Source: Mantamonas sphyraenae STR306 (Eukaryota > Protista > CRuMs). Taken from it: a stretch of DNA of 64,000 nucleotides. Below, piece by piece: positions 47,101 to 54,505 of this stretch. The first letter of the stretch is position 1. Each line of letters starts with the position of its first letter. Below the pieces are notes generated by a model, which had not been told where the DNA came from, did not search any database, and saw only the letters and a list, made by a program, of their open reading frames with translations. Both the position numbers and the translations under genes were made by a program. Location: the NCBI GenBank assembly GCA_026936335.1, contig JAPMXV010000051.1:1-64000 (forward strand), written 5' to 3'.

Positions 47101-47262
47101 GCACAGACGCTGGAGGAGATGGACGGGATGGGGTCGTCCTCGTCATCCGCCGAGGCATTGCAGGAGCTGCGTGTGGTGGTTGTGGATCTGCAGCTGCATC
47201 TGGAAGAGCTGCGTGGGGAGAAAACAACCACTTTCACCCTGGAGGAAGGGGAAGAGATTTGA
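44164..47262 (+). CDS. ROCO family protein: ankyrin repeats, LRR, Roc GTPase, COR-like region, coiled-coil tail; no kinase
   Basis: Ankyrin GxTPLYIAAQMGH repeats; LRR LPEEIGMCEELRVLDL; P-loop GHGGQGKTT, DYGGQ, THAD; COR-like VVLDPVWL, LVFPFL. Confidence 0.9.
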   Translation: MSDTKLMRAVEKGDVIAMERLIEGGADVNEQNENGVTALHWAAWEGNTNAATMLLDRGAEVDKTEVYGRTPLYIAAQMGHTETATMLLDRGADVDKVEERGATPLYIAAQMGHTQTATILLDRGAEVNKAEEDGATPLYIAAQNGHTETATLLIARGADATVRAKNGKSPLEIAASRYPSTHLAMLGAWAELHGLVSFTTSQELAAELSSARCMQAQALCLVAESEGGVTELPEEIGMCEELRVLDLRRSGISVLPRQAMGSLKELQWLRLEHDEALDDVPGFVVKKGAQAVVEYLARMDTAWEWVNWMVLGHGGQGKTTLIDTMKRNSSGKERRRVLFRRRTRKQKLDKEERTTDATHSMDVYEFDLRDGDVRVRISDYGGQAEYWVGHQYLLMGQGGVFVLVASMVAWDAVAGGHRVDMDAARGELEVWLDMVASKVASKVAGKKKPQMWIVVTHADLGEKVKVGERMDREEARGMVKGWVEGWRKSKRYEQLRMDAEKGVFVVDGDVWKGNVDGLLGSLEEASVALAENRMVPRGTVELQKYVQELRRRKKLEQPWMRVEELEEMVKGNEAMQEHFPSKSGRIFHSSLEELHHMQEVVWHRGAGVVVLDPVWLAKLMGGFVSGAEVQGLDKGKQIAEGKHHGLVKWDDRLRKQVGRLHGELWGQGGGGDGEDGVADMLLELLCEVEMCARVGEDTLVFPFLRTVETELPGEWMAENTCRIGRRFVWVVDGMQTNADAQLDKAWQAENWHMLPPALFNLGQVRLIEAFSAGIRIENVHSNWIHVWPKDAPHIVLVHEPRSRYMDVVVARNSWRGVAETMIQVEVLVRRLAAESGLCDGLTGSMRCYPLCHVCVGSEKVEDVLRMDWGQHELSVEVSALVEENSDDCGACMVHSVDLHTQALLYGRVPDDKDELKELQEWRKDMEERVGSMERRLGKSWKAIKTLAKQYPQLLGWVTQLQVKHRAGGIADMDAVRSMVAQTLEEMDGMGSSSSSAEALQELRVVVVDLQLHLEELRGEKTTTFTLEEGEEI
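44290..44640 (+). repeat. 99-bp near-identical ankyrin coding repeats
   Basis: TACATTGCAGCACAGATGGGACACACA..GACGGCGACGAT..CTGGACAGGGGAGCAGA recurs at 99-nt spacing. Confidence 0.85.
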
Positions 47263-47339
47263 AAATAGATTGCCCAGAACAAAGCGCCCCCCGTTCCCGT
47301 TCCCAACCCAACCATGGACTTCAACCCAAAGTCCGCCGC

Positions 47340-50280
47340 ATGGTGGCTCTGCACACCAAACCATACATGCGCCCGGGTCTCAAAGCTGACCTGTGGCTGC
47401 ACAGGCTCTTCTTTGCCCATGCGATGCGTGTTTCCCGTCATCCCTGGCGCTGGGCCGTCCTCCCGCTCCTGCTCGTCCTGATCCCTCTGCCAGTGCTCCT
47501 CCCCATGCTCGACGACACCATAAGGCCGCAAATGATCACCACAGGGCGATCTCGACTGCTCAACAACCACGACAACGGCCTGTTCCACCGACTCCAAACG
47601 TTTGGCACCCAGGAGTCCGTCAAGCTGCTGGTCTCGCCTTCATCCAACGCACAGACCAACACGGTGCTGACTGAATCTGCCCTCCACTTGCTCCACGACG
47701 CAGAAAACGTCGTCCTGAACTGGCGAGGCGATGTCGCTGGCGAACGCGATGCCTTCTGGAAACTCTGCCAGCCACGCACGCCCACCCCACGCCGCCTGGG
47801 CCTTGCAACGCAGATGGAACGTGCCTCAAGCCCCTCCCATTGTCGCACCATGTCTGTTCTCGACGTCTGGCCCACCAGGGAGGCCTTTGTCGCAGACACG
47901 GCAAAGCTTGCCACTGTGCGCAACGCCCTCACAAACCGGACAACTCTCCGCCTGGCCTCCAACGCCTCGGTGGACTTTTCCCGCCTCGCTGCAGGCGCCA
48001 CATTCGACGCCACAGGCAACCTAGCCAGCGTGGCCATGTGGAGATCGGTTCTTCCGATGGCAGAGGTTCGTGTCGTCAATTCCCACCATTTTTTGCGCAC
48101 CCCCGTCCCTCCCATCATCACTCACACCGAATCCCACCCAGATCCCCGAGTCCAAGCCCTTTGCACAGCTTCGTGAGGCTGTCGGACGCGATTTCCACCT
48201 CCGCGTGGCTGCCGCCGTCTTTGAGGACTCGAACGTCCAAACACGGTCCGCGGATTTCGTCGTGTCCGTCGTCGCCACCGACATCGCCTTTGGACCCAAG
48301 GAACTGTATCTTCCCTTTGTAGTGTGGACCTCTGTGCTGGTGTTGTACTGCGCAGCGACGGGCATGCGCCGTGATGCGGACAAGAACATCACGGTACTGC
48401 TGATCGGCGCCGCAAACGCTCTCCTGGCCAGCTCCTTCACGCTCGCAGTCTTCATCGCCTTTGGATTCGAGGCTCACATGTTCACCATTGTGGGCATTGC
48501 CGTCGTCGTGGCCATTGGCATGGACGATGTCTTTATCATCGTCAGCAGCGTGCAGCGCTCCCGTGCCGCGCGTCCGGACATCCGTCTCGCCAAGGGGCTT
48601 GCCGAGGCCGCCACGTCCATTGCCATGACCACCATCACCGACGTGGTTCTCTTCTCCACTCCGCTGTACCTTTCTGCGACACCCACCAGCGCCGTCCTCT
48701 CCACTCTTGTTTGCGTCGGCCTCATCGTCGACTTTCTGCTGCAGATGTGCATGGTCACGGCAGCGATCTACCTGGACATGGTCTTTTCTGCTCAGGGCAA
48801 GCAGTTCCTCGGGCTCATCACGCGCGACCCGCCCACGCCTCGCACAGACGACACACGCACCAAAATCCAACCCGACACCCAACACAGCAACGACGTCATC
48901 CAGCTGGGCTCCATGAGTGGACACAACACACCCGAGACTTCCTCCTCGCGTGCAAACTCGCCTGCCATGTCACGCACGAGCATCACACGCGTCAAATCCG
49001 TCGGCAGCCTCCGCGAGGTGCAAGACCACGACGGCGGCATGGCCTTGCGCGATCACAGCATGATGTCCAAGTTCTTTGCCACCCGTTTCATCGACGTTGT
49101 CACACACAAAGCCTTCCATGTCGTGGCGTTTCTCGTCGTCGCTGCCTTTGTCGCTGTCAACGTCTTTGGCGTGTCCACTCGTCCAACCACAGCCATCTAC
49201 TACGCCGACGTCATGCCCAGACAAGACAAACTGGCCATGGGAAGAGCCACAGAGCTGGCTGCGTTTGCACCCCACTTGCAGACGCAGGAGGCCATGGTCA
49301 TCCTGCCTGCCACCCCGTTTTGGGAGCCAGCAACCCAGCAGGCCCTCGACACACTCTGCAGCCGCCTCACATCGCGACAAGCCCAGTGCTGGTGGTCTTC
49401 ATTCCGTTCTTGGCTCAACACCACAGCTGTGGGCACCACCGAGGCCGCCTTTGTCGCCCAGCTCCGCTCCTTTGCCGACGCCCACCCGGACAACCACCGC
49501 CATCTCATGTGGACTGCTGACGGCTCGCGTTTGGCTCTGTCCCGCTTTGTCTGGCGAGCCAAAGACACCGTCTGGGTCCAGGACGCCCTCGACCACCTTG
49601 CCCACATCCGCTCCTCCCTTCTCGACGGCCTCAGCACACGCGAGCGCCAAATTGCTCAGTTTTCCAGCTATCCTGTCCAAGTGGCCATCTCCTCGCGCGT
49701 GGTCGAGGACGAACTCCTCACAACCATCTCCGTTGGCGGCGGTCTCGTCACCCTCGTCAGCGCTGTCCTCCTCATCAACCCTGTCTCCTCCATCTTTGTC
49801 CTCCTTGCCATGGCCACCACCATCGGCGTCACCTACGCCTCTCTGCCCTTCTTTGTCAATCTGCCCATGGAATTGGTCTATCTGGGCCTTTTGTCCATGG
49901 GTCTCGGCGCAGACTTCACTGCCCATCTCCTCCTCCACTTCAACGTCTCACCCGGCAACACGCGCACACGTCTACGCCTCACCTACGCCAGCGTCGGCTC
50001 TTCTGTTGTCAACGGCCTAGGCAGCACCTTTGCAGCCCAATTGTCCGTTTTGCTCATGCCTTTCCGTTTCAACCAGCTCCTCGTCGTCCTCTTTGCCATC
50101 AGCATCGGCGTATCCGGCATCCTCGCCATGCTGGTCGTCCCTGTGGCCCTCCAGTACCTCCACCTCCCTCCGGCTGTCCGCGATGTCGAGATGCATGCCG
50201 AGATCGAGCGCATCGAACGCGACCTCGGCCAGGAGCTCCCCTCCAAGACAGACGATGCAGCGCAAGCAAGCAACAACTAA
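47340..50280 (+). CDS. Patched/NPC1-like sterol-sensing-domain (RND superfamily) membrane protein
   Basis: SSD motif AIGMDDVFII...SIAMTTITD; second module GLGADFTAH...SVGSSV..G..ST; intron 48066-48141 joins the two ORFs in frame. Confidence 0.88.
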
Positions 50281-50298
50281 TCCAATCAAAAGTTTCCA

Positions 50299-50934
50299 TC
50301 ACGCACCCCCCACCTCTGTCTCTGTGTCCTCGTGGCCCATCGCAATCGCTTCCACCGCCAGCGCGCCCGTGCCCCCGTCCATCCCGGCCAACGCCTCGAA
50401 AAAGCGCTTGTTCGGGTACACATACCTTCGTTGTGCACGCACCCATGCCAACGCCGCCACTGCATCCACCTCCTGGCTCTCCATCACATACGCAACCGCA
50501 ACGCTTCCGCTCCGCGACACCCCTGCGCTGCAGTGCACAAGCACCACGTGCGATTCATCCGCATCCAGCACCTCTTGGATCGCCGATACATTCTTGCTCA
50601 GCACCTCCCGTACCTCCTCCACGCTCAGCCGTGTCGAGTCTGCAAACGGCGCCGCCGTGTCCAGCGCCACAATCCCTGCCTCCCGGTACGCCTCCAGCAC
50701 CTCGGTCGACTTTTTCACGTCATCTGCCACATTGCACACATGCGTGATGCCAGCCTCTGCCAAAAACGCCACATCTGCAGCTGCTGCGCTGCTTCCCAGC
50801 CACACTCGCCCCTCCACAATCTCTTGCGCCCACGTCGGCGCGCTGCTGCATCCCGCCATCGACTCGGGCGGTGTCAACACCTCTGCCACCGCATCCCCAA
50901 ACTCTTCTCGCACCTTGTCCAATCGTTCACTCAT
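50299..50934 (-). CDS. Dual-specificity protein phosphatase
   Basis: RVWLGS, GITHVCNVA, catalytic VLVHCSAGVSRSGS, AYVM, YPNKRF. Confidence 0.93.
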   Translation of the reverse strand: MSERLDKVREEFGDAVAEVLTPPESMAGCSSAPTWAQEIVEGRVWLGSSAAAADVAFLAEAGITHVCNVADDVKKSTEVLEAYREAGIVALDTAAPFADSTRLSVEEVREVLSKNVSAIQEVLDADESHVVLVHCSAGVSRSGSVAVAYVMESQEVDAVAALAWVRAQRRYVYPNKRFFEALAGMDGGTGALAVEAIAMGHEDTETEVGGA

Positions 50935-50978
50935 TTCCTCTTTGCGCCCGCCTGCGCACTCTTTCTCCCCTCCCCAAT

Positions 50979-51269
50979 ATGTCCACCTCTGCCTCCACAA
51001 CCACCTTTGTCCGCGTCCGCCACGGACCCAACTCCTGCCACACCTTCCAGGACGATCTGCCCTCCTCCTCCTCCCTCTCCGACGTCCTCGACCTCCTCGC
51101 CGCCCATCCCGACTTTGAGGCCGACCTCGCCGCCCACGACCGCGACGACGCACGCCTCATTGCACAGGGCAAGATTCTCTCTCACGACACCCTCCTCTCC
51201 GACTTGCCCGACCTCGACTGGTCCTCCCTCATCCTCGTCTTGCCCAGCAACGGAAAAACCTCAGAATGA
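50979..51269 (+). CDS. Small stand-alone ubiquitin-like domain protein (96 aa)
   Basis: RLIAQGKILSHDTLLSDL matches the ubiquitin-fold RLI..GK.L.D...L.D motif; fills the gap between the DUSP and MORN genes. Confidence 0.65.
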   Translation: MSTSASTTTFVRVRHGPNSCHTFQDDLPSSSSLSDVLDLLAAHPDFEADLAAHDRDDARLIAQGKILSHDTLLSDLPDLDWSSLILVLPSNGKTSE

Positions 51270-51291
51270 ACCGAACCGAACTCCATTTCCC

Positions 51292-53008
51292 TCACGCCCT
51301 CATCCCACCCGCCGCCGCCGCCGCCGCCGCCGCCGCCAACGCTGCCGCCGCTTCGTCTTCATACACACTCGAATTCTCTCTCTCCCTGCCCACAAACTCT
51401 TCCAGCGGCTGCTGCACTTCCACAAGCAACATCAGCTTTTCCTGCTCCATCAGGTCCTCCAGCGACCCCTCCGTCAGCTGTGTGTTCTGTCCAAAGTCCT
51501 GGTCGTGGTACATCACTTCGTACTGCTCGTTCTTCGGGAACCAGCTCTCCGCGCTCATGGCGTCCAGCAGCGCTTGCACGCTCGACAGCACCAGCTTCAT
51601 CTTGTAGTTCTTCTTCTTGCCCCCACGCACCACGCTCACCATAATCTTGCGCTCCTCCTCTTCCTCTCCCTGTCCCTCCCCACTTCCTGTGCCCTCGCCG
51701 CCGCCGCCACTGCTGCTGCTGCTGGTCCCCCCTCCTCCGTCCCCTCCGTTCCCTTCCGCGTCTCCCTCCTCCCCATCACCACCACCACCACCACCACCAC
51801 CACCACCTCCACCGTCTCCTCCTCCTCCCTCTCCCTCCCCTGTGCCTTCTGTGTCTCCGTCTGCCCCTGCGTCCGCCGACCTGTCTCCGCCCTCTCCTTC
51901 CACGTCGTCCTCCTCCCGTACGCTTGCAGACACCTTGAGCTCTTTCTCGCTCAGCACGTCTGCCTGCCACGTTCCCGTGTATGTCATCCCTGTGTCCTGG
52001 CTCAGGTAGCGCCCGTGGCCGTCGCGCTTGCCCATCCGGGTACCCGCCTACGTACTTGTCCCCTCCGGAGAACTGCGACCTGCCTTCCCCATCCCGGAAC
52101 CCGTCCCGGAACGCCCCTGTGTACGTGTCGCCGTTGAACCACTTGATGACCCCCTCTCCGTCAAACTTGCCCTGCACAAACTCCCCTTGGTATGTAAACT
52201 GGTCGCAGCTCAGGATTCCGTACCCGTGCCTGTCCCCTCCTTCCCAATCCCCCTCGTACACCGCCCCGGTCTTGTTGTATGTCATCTTGCCCTTTCCGTG
52301 TCGCTTGCCCTCCACATAGTCCCCCGTGTACTGGTCTCCCGTCTCTTTCCACACGTACGTCCCTCGGCCCTGCTTGTTTCCGCTTTGCCACAGCCCACGG
52401 TACGTGTCCCCGTTCGGGTACTGCATAGTCCCCTGTCCGTGCCGCAGGTTATCCTGCCACTCTCCTTCGTACACCGCTCCGTCTTCGTACGTGCAGATCC
52501 CGCTTCCGCTTGCCACATTCCCCACCACGCTGCCCTTGTACACCCCGTCCTCAAACGTCAGCGTCCCAAACGTCTCCTCCTGTTGCAAACCTCCGCCTCC
52601 GTTCGGCCCCGACGTTGTCGACCGGCTCCGCATCGGCATCTCCTCCCCAAGTCCGCTCCGCATCGACACCACCGCCGAATAGCTGCGCGGCAGCCCTTCC
52701 GAACCCTCCGACCCGCCCCCCGCCTCCAGACTCGCCCCATACACACCTCCCGATCCACCTCCCATTCCCTGTCCCATGTGCCCTCCCTGTCAGCCTCCTT
52801 CCTGCACAGCCTCTCCATCCCCTCTCGCTCCACCCGCCCGCAAAAAAAAAGGCCTTCCCTTCACACACGAAATGCGCTCCAGCCTCTCCTTCCGCACCGC
52901 CTTCCCTCCCTCACTTACCACCTCGTACGCCCGCCCAGACCCGTTCCCATTCCCTCCACCACCGCCTCCATTCCCGTCTGATCCCATTCCGTTTCCGTTC
53001 GACGTCAT
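51292..53008 (-). CDS. MORN-repeat protein with Gly/acidic linker and C-terminal PB1-like domain
   Basis: Multiple YEGEW..xxRHGxG repeats; frameshift at ~52039; probable exon 1 52865-53008 with intron 52769-52864 (start may instead be 52987 or 52777). Confidence 0.8.
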
Positions 53009-54494
53009 GAGCTCAGGTTTCTCTCTGGTGTTTGCCTTGCCTCCCCAATCGCCTTCTCACCACCTCTTCTGACTCCCATCGTGCCCCACCGGCCACTGCC
53101 CCTCTTCCCCCTTTCCCCTCCTTACCCATCCCTCTCCCATTTCCCCATCCCCCGTCTCCCTTCCCTCCCGCCCCGTCTCCCCCAATCCAACCGCCCCAAC
53201 CATCACCAAACTCCCACTTCCCATCCCACCCCCCAACCCGCCTCCTCTCCCCCTCCCGTCCCCTTTGGCCACAGAGGTCCAACTCGGCCCTGCTTCTGTC
53301 CAGCTCCACGAGGACGGCGCAACCCGTGTCGATCAACCCTCCCGCCAGCCCGCCAGTGCCTTTGCCAACGTCGTCGCAGGCGGTATCGCCGGTGTTGTGG
53401 CGCGCACGGCCACCTCCCCTCTTGCCGTCATCAAAACCCTCCAGCAGCTCCAGCGAGAACCCGTCCGAACAGGCACCCGCGGCGAGTACACAGGCATCCT
53501 CCACGCCATACGCACCATCCACGCCACAGAAGGCCTCCCAGGCTTCTTCAAGGGCAACTGGGTCGCCGTCATGCGCCTCGTCCCCTACAATGGCATCAAA
53601 ATGGCCACCTACGACGCCCTCAAGTACACCTTTCAGGACAACGCCACCGGCGCGCTAACTTATACTCACAAACTCGCCCTCGGTGCCCTCGCTGGCCTCT
53701 CTGGCATTGTACTCACCTATCCCCTCGATGTCGTCAAGACTCGCCTCACCTACCAGCGCTACAGCGTCGGCTCCCCGTTTCCTGCGCCCGACGGCGCCGG
53801 CCTCGCCGTCCAGATCGACCCGCTCCACAGACGGCCCACCCTCATGTACAGAACCGTCGGTCAGGCCCTCTCCCACATCCTCCAGCACGAGGGCCCCAGC
53901 GGCCTCTTTCGTGGCCTCAACACAACTCTCCTCGGTGTCCTCCCGCACGAGGCCATCCAGTTTACCATCTACGAGTCCCTCAAGGATTGGTGGGCTGCCC
54001 ACGCCCAGATGCGTCTCGAGGCCATCCTCTCACGACCCAAACCTTCCCTACACGACTACGACGACCTTTTTGATCTCCACCTCCTCAACATGAACGTCAT
54101 CCATCACTTTCTCTTTGGTGCTCTCGCAGGCGCAGGCGCACAGCTCATCACCTACCCCGTTGACGTCGTGCGCAAGCGACTCCAGGTCCACGGCGCCCTC
54201 TCGGGCGTCCAGCTCCTCAACGGCGACCGCGTCGTCCAACTCACTTGCAAGCACAACTACCGCGACGCACGCGACTGCATCTCCCAGATCTACCGCCTCG
54301 AGGGCATCTCGGGCTTCTACAAGGGCATCCGCGCTGCTCGCCTCCGCAACATGCCCCACGCAGCCCTCACCTTTGCCACCTACGAGTTTGTGCGCACCGC
54401 CATCACAGATCTGGAAGACGATTCCGTGCGCCACAAGGTTCACCACGACCTCTGGACAGACATGGCCACTCGCATTGGCGGCGATTGGGGCTGA
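53007..54494 (+). CDS. Mitochondrial carrier (SLC25; adenine-nucleotide/CoA-carrier-like)
   Basis: Three carrier repeats (SPLAVIK, YPLDVVKTRL, YPVDVVRKRLQ; EGLPGFFKGN). The main ORF has no in-frame ATG before repeat 1; 10-nt exon 53007-53016 plus intron 53017-53274 supplies MSSEVQLG in frame. Confidence 0.88.
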
Positions 54495-54505
54495 ATCAAA
54501 CACCT

